A stretch of 64,000 bases of DNA, taken from Candidatus Poribacteria bacterium. Lineage in GTDB: Bacteria; Poribacteria; WGA-4E; WGA-3G. Shown here one piece after another: positions 1 to 10,099 of this stretch (positions within the stretch are counted from its first letter, which is position 1; every line of letters begins with the position of its first letter). The stretch covers positions 288,001 through 352,000 of the forward strand of contig CBDBFU010000002.1 of NCBI GenBank assembly GCA_965205025.1, read 5' to 3'. Both the position numbers and the translations under genes were made by a program. A model generated the notes under the pieces. That model was not told the origin of the DNA and searched no databases. It saw nothing but the letters and a program-made list of their open reading frames with translations.

Positions 1-110
1 CTGCAATAGGTCAAGACTCCAAATTTATGGTTTTTATTACGGTTGTTTTAATCGTACTTACTTTGATTTTTATTGTTGGCATGATAATGATGAAATTTCA
101 TAAATATTGA
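1..110 (+). CDS. 3' end of a membrane-anchored protein gene running in from the left edge
   Basis: Open frame ...AIGQDSKFMVFITVVLIVLTLIFIVGMIMMKFHKY* ending TGA 108-110, with a hydrophobic C-terminal helix. Confidence 0.4.
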   Translation, partial: AIGQDSKFMVFITVVLIVLTLIFIVGMIMMKFHKY

Positions 111-164
111 TGCTATCACCTATTTCAATAATAAAACCACCCAAAAGAATAAGTTTCAAACTAC

Positions 165-1490
165 ATGTCCACCCCTCAAAACCAGCCACTAATCGGCACA
201 GATTCCTTCAGTTGGAAGAAATGGGATGCCTGTACGCATTGTGGTCTCTGCTTACCTACCTGTCCCACTTACCGTGAATTAGGACTTGAAACAGACTCCC
301 CCAGAGGTAGATTATACCTTATGGGGAGTGCATTCAAACCACAAGATCCAACACCGCTGAACGAAGAATGGGCAGAATATATTTATCGATGTCTGGATTG
401 CCGTGCATGTGAGACCGCTTGTCCTTCAGGTGTTCATTTTGGTGAACTCCTTGAAGAAGCACGCGCCATTTACGAACAGAACGCTTCCCGTTCAACAAGT
501 TATCGTTTCTGGAGTGATCTCGTCTTCAAACGTATACTCCCGAACAAAGAACGTTTAGATCTTATTTTTGAACTGATGTGGTTATACCAAAAACTCGGTA
601 TACGTTGGTTAGTTCAGAAAACTGGGATTCTTAAGTTGATGGGACAGATGGGACAGATGGAGTCATTACTTCCAAAAATCCCTTCTCCAAAACTCAAATA
701 CACGATACGAGATATCACCCCAGCAGAAGGAGAAACCCGTTATCGTGTCGGTTTTATTCCAGGTTGCATAATGAATCAGGTATTTACAGATACGAACCTG
801 GCAACTATCCGAGTACTTACCCAGAATGGATGTGAGGTAGTTACGCCGAGAAAGCAAACCTGTTGTGGGGCATTACATTTACATAACGGTGTACGCGATG
901 TCGCTTCCGCATTGGCTAAACAGAACATAGATGCATTTGAGAATGAGAATTTGGACGCTGTTATCATCAATTCTGCTGGATGTGGAGCAACACTCAAGGA
1001 GTACGAAGCACTGCTGGAAAACACTGATTATGCCGAAAAGGCTGAACACTTTAGTCACAATATGCGAGACATCAGCGAGTTCTTGGCAGAAATTGAGATG
1101 ATACCACCAAACGGTAAAATCCCATTACGTGTTACGTACGATGAACCGTGCCATCTCCTACACGGACAAAGTGTAAAACTGCAGCCGCGAAAAGTGTTAC
1201 AAGCCATTCCAGAACTTGAACTGATTGAGTTGACTGAAGCTGAATGGTGTTGTGGGAGTGCGGGGATATATAATATCACTCAACCCGAACTATCTCAGGA
1301 AATATTGGAACGGAAGATGGAACACATCAGTGATACTAATGCTGATATTGTTGCCACTGGTAATCCAGGATGCCTTCTCCAAATTCAACTTGGAATCCAA
1401 AAACACAGTTTAGATATGAAAGCGATGCATCCTATCACACTCTTAGATTATTCCTATCGTAACATCCCACCAGACGAATGGGAAGAATAG
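165..1490 (+). CDS. glcF: Glycolate oxidase iron-sulfur subunit-like (Fe-S)-binding protein
   Basis: CTHCGLCLPTCPTY and CLDCRACETACPSGV 4Fe-4S motifs, SPRGR, two CCG domains (CCGALH, CCGSAGIYN), TGNPGC. Confidence 0.85.
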   Translation: MSTPQNQPLIGTDSFSWKKWDACTHCGLCLPTCPTYRELGLETDSPRGRLYLMGSAFKPQDPTPLNEEWAEYIYRCLDCRACETACPSGVHFGELLEEARAIYEQNASRSTSYRFWSDLVFKRILPNKERLDLIFELMWLYQKLGIRWLVQKTGILKLMGQMGQMESLLPKIPSPKLKYTIRDITPAEGETRYRVGFIPGCIMNQVFTDTNLATIRVLTQNGCEVVTPRKQTCCGALHLHNGVRDVASALAKQNIDAFENENLDAVIINSAGCGATLKEYEALLENTDYAEKAEHFSHNMRDISEFLAEIEMIPPNGKIPLRVTYDEPCHLLHGQSVKLQPRKVLQAIPELELIELTEAEWCCGSAGIYNITQPELSQEILERKMEHISDTNADIVATGNPGCLLQIQLGIQKHSLDMKAMHPITLLDYSYRNIPPDEWEE

Positions 1491-1557
1491 CAACAGTCTT
1501 TAACAATCAGATTACAAAAAACGTGACAACTTAGTAAAAGTATGGTAAATTAATAAT

Positions 1558-2142
1558 ATGGTTTTATCAAATGTAGATATCCTAAAATATATGGACGAAG
1601 GAAAAATAAAAATTACCCCAGAACCCAATTTAGATACACAATTAGGGAGTTGTTCAATTGATTGTAGATTGGGGAATGTTTTTCGAGTTTTTGAGCACAG
1701 CAAACATGCTTTTATTGATTTGAAAACAAAGGTAGATGTTGATGATCTCATGCGAAAAGTAGATGTACCTGAGGGTGATGCATTTACGATGCAACCGGGG
1801 GAATTTGTTCTGGCTGCTACGCAAGAAAAACTGGAATTAGCCGACGATGTAATGGCAAGACTTGAAGGAAGAAGCAGCCTCGGTAGACTTGGTATTATTG
1901 TTCATAGCACTGCTGGACTATTTGACCCAGGTTGGGTTGGAAATGCAACGTTGGAACTTGGCAATCTTGGAAGGATGCCTGTGATACTATATCCTGGGAT
2001 GCGTATATGTGCTTTTACCTTTGAGCAGCTTTCTTCGCCTTCAACTGTTCCCTACCACCTGAAACCCGCTAATAAATATGCTGGACAAGGTGGACCCGAA
2101 ATTAGTAGATTTGCTGAAGATGTTGAATTAAAAGAACCGTAA
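1558..2142 (+). CDS. dcd: dCTP deaminase
   Basis: SIDCRLG, EGRSSLGRLG, AGLFDPGWVGNATLEL, KYAGQ motifs. Confidence 0.93.
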   Translation: MVLSNVDILKYMDEGKIKITPEPNLDTQLGSCSIDCRLGNVFRVFEHSKHAFIDLKTKVDVDDLMRKVDVPEGDAFTMQPGEFVLAATQEKLELADDVMARLEGRSSLGRLGIIVHSTAGLFDPGWVGNATLELGNLGRMPVILYPGMRICAFTFEQLSSPSTVPYHLKPANKYAGQGGPEISRFAEDVELKEP

Positions 2143-2145
2143 TTC

Positions 2146-2185
2146 TGCTGAAATTTTGGGCAAATTTATGCCTAATTATTTAGCA
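2146..2185. promoter_or_regulatory. Tandem NtrC-like enhancer boxes upstream of glnA
   Basis: TGCTGAAATTTTGGGCA (2146-2162) and TGCCTAATTATTTAGCA (2169-2185), both 17-bp TGC-N11-GCA, ~140-180 bp upstream of a sigma54 motif. Confidence 0.65.
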
Positions 2186-2323
2186 AATCAATATACTCTA
2201 TCTTAGGTGCTTGAATAGATGTACCTAAGATATTTAGTTATGTAAACAGATGCTTCTAAGCACTGTTTGATTCTGTTGCATTGGTGTCGTCAAATTGCGT
2301 TTTATGCGACAAGAATGCTTAAT

Positions 2324-2339
2324 TGGCATAGACTTTGCA
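2324..2339 (+). promoter_or_regulatory. sigma54 (-24/-12) promoter of glnA
   Basis: TGGCATAGACTTTGCA gives exact GG-N10-GC spacing, ~100 bp before the glnA ATG (RBS AGGAGG). Confidence 0.8.
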
Positions 2340-2435
2340 TAGTCTTTATTGGGATTTTTGTCAAATAATATAATTACGCATTGGATTGACGACCCATCAC
2401 AATTTACAATATACTGTTGATTCACTTAGGAGGAA

Positions 2436-3857
2436 ATGCGAATGACACCAAGTGAGGTGGTTCAACTTGCAAAAGATAATGATGTTAAGATAGTTGACCT
2501 GAAATTCATGGATTTACCCGGGATGTGGCAACACTTCTCCATTATGGTTGGAGAATTGAACGAAGACCTTTTTGAAGAAGGTATCGGTTTTGATGGGTCA
2601 AGTATCCGTGGTTTTCAGGCTATTAACGAGAGCGATATGCTCCTCTTTCCAGACCCTACGACAGCACTTCTTGACCCAGTTTGTGAAATACCGACGTTAA
2701 GTATTACCTGTAATATCAAAGACCCAATTACTCTTGAAAATTACACCCGTGATGTACGCCATATTGCGCAGAAAGCTGAAGCGTATCTTCAGTCTACCGG
2801 TATTGCAGATATTAGTTATTGGGGACCAGAAGCTGAATTCTATCTATTGAATGATATCCGTTATGAACAGACAGCAAATTCTGGATTCTACTCTGTTGAT
2901 TCTGTTGAAGGTAGTTGGAATTCTGGTAAAGATGAGAATCCGAATCTCGGTTACAAACCCCGTTATAAAGAAGGATATTTCCCAGTTCCACCATCAGATA
3001 CACTTCAAGACATCCGGTCTGAGATCTGTTTGAAACTTATTGAATCTGGAATTGATGTTGAAGTTCATCACCACGAAGTTGGTACAGCTGGTCAAGGTGA
3101 GATTGATATCCGCTTTGATACACTTACCACTGTTGGGGACAAAATTGCTTTATACAAGTACATCGTCAAGAATATCGCTCGTTCCCATAATTTGGTAGCC
3201 ACCTTTATGCCAAAACCACTCTTCCAAGACAACGGTTCCGGTATGCACGTGCACCAAAGTTTTTGGAAAGATGGTAAGAATATCTTCTTTGATCCACAAG
3301 GATATTCATTGTTAAGTGAAACTGCTCTGTATTATATCGGTGGTTTGCTTGCACATGCGCGGTCTTTATGTGCCATTATTGCCCCAACCACGAATTCCTA
3401 TAAGCGACTGGTTCCGGGATATGAAGCACCTGTCAATATTGCTTATTCACAAAGAAACCGTAGTGCCTGTGTTAGAATTCCTGTTTATTCTAAGAGTGAA
3501 AAGGCTAAACGTGTTGAGTTTAGAACACCCGATCCGTCTTGTAATCCGTATCTTGCCTTTAGTGCTTTAATGATGGCAGGACTTGACGGTATTCAAAACC
3601 GTATTCACCCTGGTGATCCTCTGGATAAAGACCTTTATGATCTTGAACCGGAAGAACTTGCCGATATTGAATCCACACCCGTTTCTCTTGGTGATGCCCT
3701 TGATGCCCTTGAAGATGATCACGAATATCTTCTGAAAGGTGATGTTTTTACACAAGACGTGCTTGATGTCTGGATTGATTATAAACGGGAGAATGAAGTA
3801 GATGCCGTCAATATGCGTCCACATCCGTATGAATTCTTCCTCTACCACGATATATAG
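2436..3857 (+). CDS. glnA: Type I glutamine synthetase
   Basis: FDGSSIRGF, HHEVGTAGQGEI, TFMPKP..DNGSGMHVHQS, NSYKRLVPGYEAP, RNRSA, adenylylation-site DLYDL. Confidence 0.98.
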   Translation: MRMTPSEVVQLAKDNDVKIVDLKFMDLPGMWQHFSIMVGELNEDLFEEGIGFDGSSIRGFQAINESDMLLFPDPTTALLDPVCEIPTLSITCNIKDPITLENYTRDVRHIAQKAEAYLQSTGIADISYWGPEAEFYLLNDIRYEQTANSGFYSVDSVEGSWNSGKDENPNLGYKPRYKEGYFPVPPSDTLQDIRSEICLKLIESGIDVEVHHHEVGTAGQGEIDIRFDTLTTVGDKIALYKYIVKNIARSHNLVATFMPKPLFQDNGSGMHVHQSFWKDGKNIFFDPQGYSLLSETALYYIGGLLAHARSLCAIIAPTTNSYKRLVPGYEAPVNIAYSQRNRSACVRIPVYSKSEKAKRVEFRTPDPSCNPYLAFSALMMAGLDGIQNRIHPGDPLDKDLYDLEPEELADIESTPVSLGDALDALEDDHEYLLKGDVFTQDVLDVWIDYKRENEVDAVNMRPHPYEFFLYHDI

Positions 3858-3961
3858 GAACTATCCTATACCTTTTATAGGTAAAGTTTAGAGGTGTTTC
3901 CTCGAATATGAAATAGTAGTTTCTACTGTATCTATTGTGGGGAGGGGCAAGAACCCCGTGT

Positions 3962-4096
3962 CTGAGGTATCACATAACCGCAAGCGTTGATTTCCAGGCG
4001 AGTGTGAATTGTAGTGTATATTCTGATAAGTATGCATTTGACAAACACGTATAGCTTAGATGACACGCAAGATAAAGCGATAATCTGATGCCTCAG
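3962..4096 (+). ncRNA. Putative structured RNA (long imperfect rod) between glnA and glnB
   Basis: CTGAGGTATCA (3962-3972) pairs with TGATGCCTCAG (4086-4096). Inner helices GCGT/ACGC, AGGC/GCTT, GTGT/ACAC and AGTGTATA/TATGCATT use G-U pairs that favour the + strand. Confidence 0.35.
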
Positions 4097-4196
4097 TCTA
4101 TTTTATATGGACGGATTAATCATTCGTCCGCAGCAACCTGATAAACATAAGGCGAATCCCACGATCCGCCGAGATAACCCTAACAAATTTGTGTAG

Positions 4197-4553
<357 letters not shown>

Positions 4554-4587
4554 CTTTTATATTTATTATCGATTTCTAATTATTAGT

Positions 4588-4620
4588 AGGGACAGGCTAT
4601 ATGCCTGTCCTTTCTGGTTT
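4588..4620 (+). terminator. Intrinsic terminator after glnB
   Basis: GGACAGGC-tatat-GCCTGTCC hairpin followed by a T-rich tail. Confidence 0.7.
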
Positions 4621-4670
4621 AATTTGTCTTATTAAGGATAATTGAAAGGTTCAATATCTTTCAATTTCTC

Positions 4671-4699
4671 TTGACATTATCCTAATTACATGGTATTAT
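4671..4699 (+). promoter_or_regulatory. sigma70-type promoter of the ABC operon
   Basis: TTGACA-17 nt-TATTAT with extended TG. Confidence 0.65.
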
Positions 4700-4791
4700 T
4701 TTCTTTGGTATTTTACCCTATAAGATGTTGGTTTGAAACCCTTTTCGCCAACGACATCTCAAATAAAATATTTTAAAAACACATAAACGTA

Positions 4792-5787
4792 ATGATTGAA
4801 GTAAAAGAACTTACAAAGTCTTACGGTCCGACCCTTGCCGTGAACCGAGTATCTTTTGATGCTCAAGCTGGAGAAGTAGTAGGTTTCATTGGACCAAATG
4901 GGGCTGGTAAAACCACAACCATGAGGATTCTAACATGCTATCTCACAGCGGATTCAGGCAGTGCAACCGTTGCTGGTTATGATGTCCTCCAAAGTGCTAT
5001 TGATGTCAGGAAAAACGTTGGGTATTTGCCTGAAAGTGCACCACTCTATACAGACATGGGAGTGGTTGAATACCTAAAGTTTATGGCAGATATTCGAGAC
5101 ATACCGAAAAGTCAGCGAAAAGACAGATTAAAAACTGTCGTTGAAATCTGTGGCCTTGAAGGAGTTATCCAAAAAGACATTGGTGAGCTTTCTAAAGGCT
5201 ACCGACAACGAGTTGGTTTAGCACAAAGTCTAATACACGATCCTCCTATTCTGATTTTAGATGAACCTACCTCCGGACTCGACCCGAGCCAAACGATTGA
5301 AATACGAAACTTAATCAAGGATATCGGTAGAGAAAAATTGGTACTCTTCAGTACACATATACTGCCTGAAGTTGCCGCGACGTGCGACCGTATTCTAATT
5401 ATAAGTCGAGGGCAACTTGTTGCCAACGGAACATTGGATGACCTCATCGGTCAAGTACGCAGCGTTAACAGGTTATATGTCGCAATCAGAGGCACAGAGG
5501 AGACAATTACCCCTCACTTGAACCAGTTAGAAGGTATCACCGAATTAACACATGTTGGAACCGACAACGGGGTCGTTAGTTATGATATTACATTAGTTGA
5601 GGACGGTGATGGCTCTGAACTTCTCTTTCAAGCTGCAGTCGAAAACGGATGGTCTTTGACTGAACTCCGACAGGAATCTATTGATCTGGAGGATGTATTC
5701 CTGCAATTTACTTCTGGAGAACAGAGTAGCAACACTGCATCTCCTCAACCATCAGAAAATAGTGTAACACCCGTTGACGAGGAGTAA
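4792..5787 (+). CDS. ABC transporter ATP-binding protein (GldA-like)
   Basis: GPNGAGKTT, LSKGYRQRVGLAQ, ILDEPTSGLDP, STHIL. Confidence 0.92.
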   Translation: MIEVKELTKSYGPTLAVNRVSFDAQAGEVVGFIGPNGAGKTTTMRILTCYLTADSGSATVAGYDVLQSAIDVRKNVGYLPESAPLYTDMGVVEYLKFMADIRDIPKSQRKDRLKTVVEICGLEGVIQKDIGELSKGYRQRVGLAQSLIHDPPILILDEPTSGLDPSQTIEIRNLIKDIGREKLVLFSTHILPEVAATCDRILIISRGQLVANGTLDDLIGQVRSVNRLYVAIRGTEETITPHLNQLEGITELTHVGTDNGVVSYDITLVEDGDGSELLFQAAVENGWSLTELRQESIDLEDVFLQFTSGEQSSNTASPQPSENSVTPVDEE

Positions 5788-5845
5788 TCTCAGAATTATT
5801 TTTTTTGACTCAATAAATACTATGCCTCGCATAGAATAGAATATT

Positions 5846-6562
5846 ATGCAGAATATAAACGCAATCTTCAAAAAAGAAATTAGAAGTTATTTCAATTCTC
5901 CTATCGCTTACATATTTATAACCTTTTTTCTTGCCATCTCTTCATGGCTCTTCTTTGGATCCTTTTTCATATATAACCAAGCAGAAATGCGAAGTTTCTT
6001 TGGATTAATGCCGTGGATGTTCCTTTTTTTCATCCCTGCGGTAACCATGAAACTCTGGGCAGAAGAGAAACAGCTCGGAACAGCAGAAATCCTGATGACC
6101 CTTCCGATCCGTGATCACGAGGTTGTTATCGGTAAATTTCTTGCAAGTCTTGGGTTGCTTGCTATTACCGCCCTTTTTTCGCTCTGCCTTCCTTTTTCAG
6201 TCATCTATCTGGGTAATGTTGATGGTGGAACACTTATATGTGGTTACTTAGGTTTATTATTGATGGGTGGAGCTTATTTGGCAATAGGTTTGTTTACATC
6301 AACCTTAACTAAGAATCAGATAATTGCCTTCATACTGGGAATATCTGCCTGCTTTGTTTTATGGATTATTGGGGAAGGTTTCGTACTTTCAAGGACTCCC
6401 GGATGGCTATTCCCGATATTTAGTTATCTCGGTCTCGGAACTCATTATAGTAGTATACTACGTGGTGTCATTGATACCCGTGATATCATCTATTATTTAA
6501 GTATCATTGGATTCTTTCTCTACTTAAGTACATTGTCAGTAGAAAGTCGGAAATGGCGTTAG
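5846..6562 (+). CDS. ABC-2 permease (GldF-like)
   Basis: KKEIRSYFNSPIAY, WAEEKQLGTAEILMTLP, six hydrophobic segments. Confidence 0.88.
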   Translation: MQNINAIFKKEIRSYFNSPIAYIFITFFLAISSWLFFGSFFIYNQAEMRSFFGLMPWMFLFFIPAVTMKLWAEEKQLGTAEILMTLPIRDHEVVIGKFLASLGLLAITALFSLCLPFSVIYLGNVDGGTLICGYLGLLLMGGAYLAIGLFTSTLTKNQIIAFILGISACFVLWIIGEGFVLSRTPGWLFPIFSYLGLGTHYSSILRGVIDTRDIIYYLSIIGFFLYLSTLSVESRKWR

Positions 6563-6580
6563 ATAAGGAGGTAAACTATT

Positions 6581-8236
6581 ATGGCAGATAAACGGATCAG
6601 ATACGGTAGTAATACACTTGCTTTTGTAGCAATCGTCATTGGAATTCTTGTCTTAGTAAATTTCTTGTCTTCGCGTCGTTTTTTTCGCGCAGATCTGACT
6701 GAGGATAAACGTTACACTGTATCAAAAGCAACAAAAAATTTGATTAAGTCGTTAGACGATATTGTTACGATAACTGTATACTTCTCAATGGAGCCAGCGG
6801 AAGTTGCCCAAATTCGTCGTGATGTCAAAGATGTACTGGACGAATATAAGGCATTTTCGAAAAAACTACAGATTGATTACATTGATCCTTCTGGATTAGA
6901 TGATGGAGAGAAACAGGAACTCCGATTTAAAGGCGTTAATGAAGTCCAAATCAATGTTCGTGGAAAAGACAAACTTGAAATTGCGAATGTCTTTATGGGA
7001 ATTTCTATCGGTTATAGCGGAAAAGAGGAAGTCCTTCCAGTCGTTCAATCAACAGCAAACTTTGAATATGAACTTACCTCCGCTATCTTAAAAGTCACTA
7101 CTAAAGAAGCGAAAACAATCGGATTTTTGACTGGACACAACGAGTATGATATCAATGCTCAAAACGAAGGAACGCAACAATTTCGGCAACTAATGGATAA
7201 ATCTGGTAAAGGACAATACAACATTACCACTGTTGACCTGCAAGCAGGAGATCCTGTTGACGCTACGGTTACTACATTAGTCATTGCCGGACCGAAACAA
7301 CCTTTATCTGAACGTGAGAAATACGAGATTGATCAATTCATCATGCGTGGGGGTAAAGCGATTTTTCTGATTGATCCGGTGACAATAAATATGCAAACAC
7401 TTCAAGGCACACCTCTACCTACCGGTTTGAATGATCTTCTTGAACATTACGGTGTTAAGCTTGGAAACAATTTGATTGCTGATCTCAGATCTCACGATAA
7501 CGTACAAACTCAACGTGGATTTATGACAGTCATTCAAGACTATCCGTACTTTGTCAAGATCAGAAGCCAGAACTTCTCAAAAGAACATGCTGTGACAAGC
7601 CAATTAGAGGCACTAACTTTACCTTGGACAAGTTCGTTAGAGACAGTAGCAGTAGATGGTGTGAAAGCAACTGCATTGGCAAAAACAACCGAATTTGGAC
7701 AGAGCTTCCAAGGATATTATAACGTTATGCCGGGAACTCAAATTCCTAAAGGAGAACACAAAGTCTTTACAACTGTTGCTTCTTTGGAAGGAAAGTTCAA
7801 GAGTTTTTACGCTGGCAAAGAAATTCCTCCTGTAAGCACACCTACTGATGATGAAACGGAAAACGGAAATGATACAACCCCATCGAACGAAGAAACCGAA
7901 GAACGAACAACTATAAATGAAAGTGCAGATACGCAAATTATAGTTGTGGGGACAGCACAAGTACTCACACAGTTAAGTCGAAATAGTGTTGACTTTTTCT
8001 TAAATAGTATTGATTGGCTAACACAAGGTGATACACTTATAGGTATCCGTTCCCATACTATTACCGACCGTCCGTTAAAAGAGACAACAAATTTGGAGAA
8101 AAACATTATTATGTTTCTGTGTATAGTCGGTATACCTCTGCTTGTAGTCATCATAGGGTTGGTCCGATATCTGCTTAAGGGACGTGTAAAACGAATGGTC
8201 GAAACATACGGTTCTGAAACTTCTCTGTTCAGTTAA
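6581..8236 (+). CDS. ABC transporter auxiliary component (GldG family)
   Basis: N-terminal TM, DLTEDKRYTVS, IGFLTGHNE, IDQFIMRGG, C-terminal TM. Confidence 0.85.
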   Translation: MADKRIRYGSNTLAFVAIVIGILVLVNFLSSRRFFRADLTEDKRYTVSKATKNLIKSLDDIVTITVYFSMEPAEVAQIRRDVKDVLDEYKAFSKKLQIDYIDPSGLDDGEKQELRFKGVNEVQINVRGKDKLEIANVFMGISIGYSGKEEVLPVVQSTANFEYELTSAILKVTTKEAKTIGFLTGHNEYDINAQNEGTQQFRQLMDKSGKGQYNITTVDLQAGDPVDATVTTLVIAGPKQPLSEREKYEIDQFIMRGGKAIFLIDPVTINMQTLQGTPLPTGLNDLLEHYGVKLGNNLIADLRSHDNVQTQRGFMTVIQDYPYFVKIRSQNFSKEHAVTSQLEALTLPWTSSLETVAVDGVKATALAKTTEFGQSFQGYYNVMPGTQIPKGEHKVFTTVASLEGKFKSFYAGKEIPPVSTPTDDETENGNDTTPSNEETEERTTINESADTQIIVVGTAQVLTQLSRNSVDFFLNSIDWLTQGDTLIGIRSHTITDRPLKETTNLEKNIIMFLCIVGIPLLVVIIGLVRYLLKGRVKRMVETYGSETSLFS

Positions 8237-8266
8237 ACATTTACTAATATACATCTGGATGAAACG

Positions 8267-9265
8267 ATGCAAAAGAAACAACTACTGATTTTAGTCGGCA
8301 TTTTTATTGTATTAGCACTCATTGTACTAATTTTTGAGAATCCTTTTGGTAAGAGCGAATATGAAAAGAAGGTTGAAGAGGCAACTGTCCTATTTCCGGA
8401 TTTCAATCGGGAAATGGTTACAAAGGTAGAAATTATCGCTAAGGGTGAGACGACTACCCTTACAAAACAGGGAGAAAGTTGGGTTGTCACGACTATGGAT
8501 GACTATCCCGCAGATAGCGAAAGTATTGATGAATTGTTTACTAAAGTGGGAGAATTCACTAACGCTAACCTTGTTTCCGATAATCCCAAAAACCAGGCAG
8601 AATTTGAAGTAAATAGTTCCGGAGTGGAAGCAAAATTGATGGGTGCAGACGACAAATTGTTAGCACATCTGTTTGTTGGGAAAAACACGCCAGGCTTTTT
8701 GAGCAGTTATGTAAGGGTGGCTGATTCAAATAATGTATATGTTGGACAAGGTTACCTCCAATCTGTTTTTGACAAAGGAACGAGAACTTGGAAAGACCGA
8801 ACTATTTTCGATTTTAACAAAGGGATTGTCACCCAGGTTGATATTACATCCGCTGAGGAAACTGTTGAACTACGGTTAGATGCAGAAAACAAATGGCAAA
8901 TGCTTCAACCGACAGCGTCTGATGTAAAACAAACTGAAATGGATAATCTGCTTACGACCTTTAGCCAATTGACGACTGACGATTTTGCTGAGGAAAAAGA
9001 ACTTTCTGAATATGGATTAGATGCTCCTATATCCTCTATTTCTGCCAGTCTAAACGATGGGAGAACTGCGACACTAATTGTTGGGAAAGAGGAAGGTGGC
9101 AAACATTACGTAAAAAGTAATGATAAAGAGACGATTTTCATGCTGTTCAAATCAAATGTTGATAGATTAATAAAGAAGTCTGAAACCCTTAAAGAAGTGG
9201 TTACACCTCCGGAGACTGAGGAAACAACTCCATCAGAGGCGGTTGATGTCACTCCTACGGAGTAA
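8267..9265 (+). CDS. DUF4340 domain protein
   Basis: N-terminal anchor, two repeats with YPAD / LSEYGLDAP motifs, usual position after GldG. Confidence 0.75.
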   Translation: MQKKQLLILVGIFIVLALIVLIFENPFGKSEYEKKVEEATVLFPDFNREMVTKVEIIAKGETTTLTKQGESWVVTTMDDYPADSESIDELFTKVGEFTNANLVSDNPKNQAEFEVNSSGVEAKLMGADDKLLAHLFVGKNTPGFLSSYVRVADSNNVYVGQGYLQSVFDKGTRTWKDRTIFDFNKGIVTQVDITSAEETVELRLDAENKWQMLQPTASDVKQTEMDNLLTTFSQLTTDDFAEEKELSEYGLDAPISSISASLNDGRTATLIVGKEEGGKHYVKSNDKETIFMLFKSNVDRLIKKSETLKEVVTPPETEETTPSEAVDVTPTE

Positions 9266-9302
9266 TTATAGTAATAGATCTTTGAAATCTATAGGAGGAA
9301 TA

Positions 9303-10049
9303 ATGACGAGGAAGAATTATTGGTTATTACTCATCGCAGTATTGGTAGTAATCCCTACACTCACTGCCTGTGATTCACGTTTAGCAACCGAATTGTTAAC
9401 ACCCCCAACAAGTGGTAGAACTATCCATGTAAATGGTAGCGGTTCTGTAACTGGAGAACCGGATATCGCATCTCTGAATTTAGGTGTATCTGTTGAAAAG
9501 GAAACTGTTGCGGAGGCACGAGAAGAAGCTGCGAGTTCCATGACTGCTTTAATAGAAACGTTGAAGGCTAATAACATCGACGAAAAGGATATTAGTACTG
9601 AAAATTTCAGTATCTATCCCCAGTATGATTGGACTGAAGAAGGACGCATACTAAAAGGATATAGAGTCAACAACACTGTTAGAGCAAAGGTGCGGGATTT
9701 AGACTCTCTTAGCGATGTAATAGATGATGCAACGGAAGCTGGAGGGGATTATATAGTCCTTAATTCCATTCAATTTATGATTGAAGATACCACCGATTAC
9801 CAACATCAAGCACGGACATTAGCGGTAAAAGATGCTGAAGCGAAAGCACAAACTTTGGCTGAAGCAAGTGGTGTTACACTTGGAAAACCGGTAACTATAT
9901 CTGAAAACACCTACTACGAAAGTCCACCTATTCCGTATGCAGCAGTAGCTGAATCGGCTGCAGACGATAGTGCAAGGAGTTCTACTCCGATTGTTCCTGG
10001 GGAACAGACTATTACTGTGAATGTCACTATTGTGTATGAAATAGAGTAG
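9303..10049 (+). CDS. SIMPL (DUF541) domain lipoprotein
   Basis: GGAGG RBS before ATG 9303, lipobox LTAC, IHVNGSGSV..EPD, IYPQY, AKAQTLAEASGVTLG, PGEQTITVNV. Confidence 0.85.
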   Translation: MTRKNYWLLLIAVLVVIPTLTACDSRLATELLTPPTSGRTIHVNGSGSVTGEPDIASLNLGVSVEKETVAEAREEAASSMTALIETLKANNIDEKDISTENFSIYPQYDWTEEGRILKGYRVNNTVRAKVRDLDSLSDVIDDATEAGGDYIVLNSIQFMIEDTTDYQHQARTLAVKDAEAKAQTLAEASGVTLGKPVTISENTYYESPPIPYAAVAESAADDSARSSTPIVPGEQTITVNVTIVYEIE

Positions 10050-10067
10050 TGTTTGATAACTTTCCTG

Positions 10068-10099
10068 AAAAGGACATAGGATTCATCCTATGGCCTTTT
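10068..10099. terminator. Bidirectional intrinsic terminator between convergent genes
   Basis: AAAAGG-a-CATAGGAT-tc-ATCCTATG-g-CCTTTT. Confidence 0.75.
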
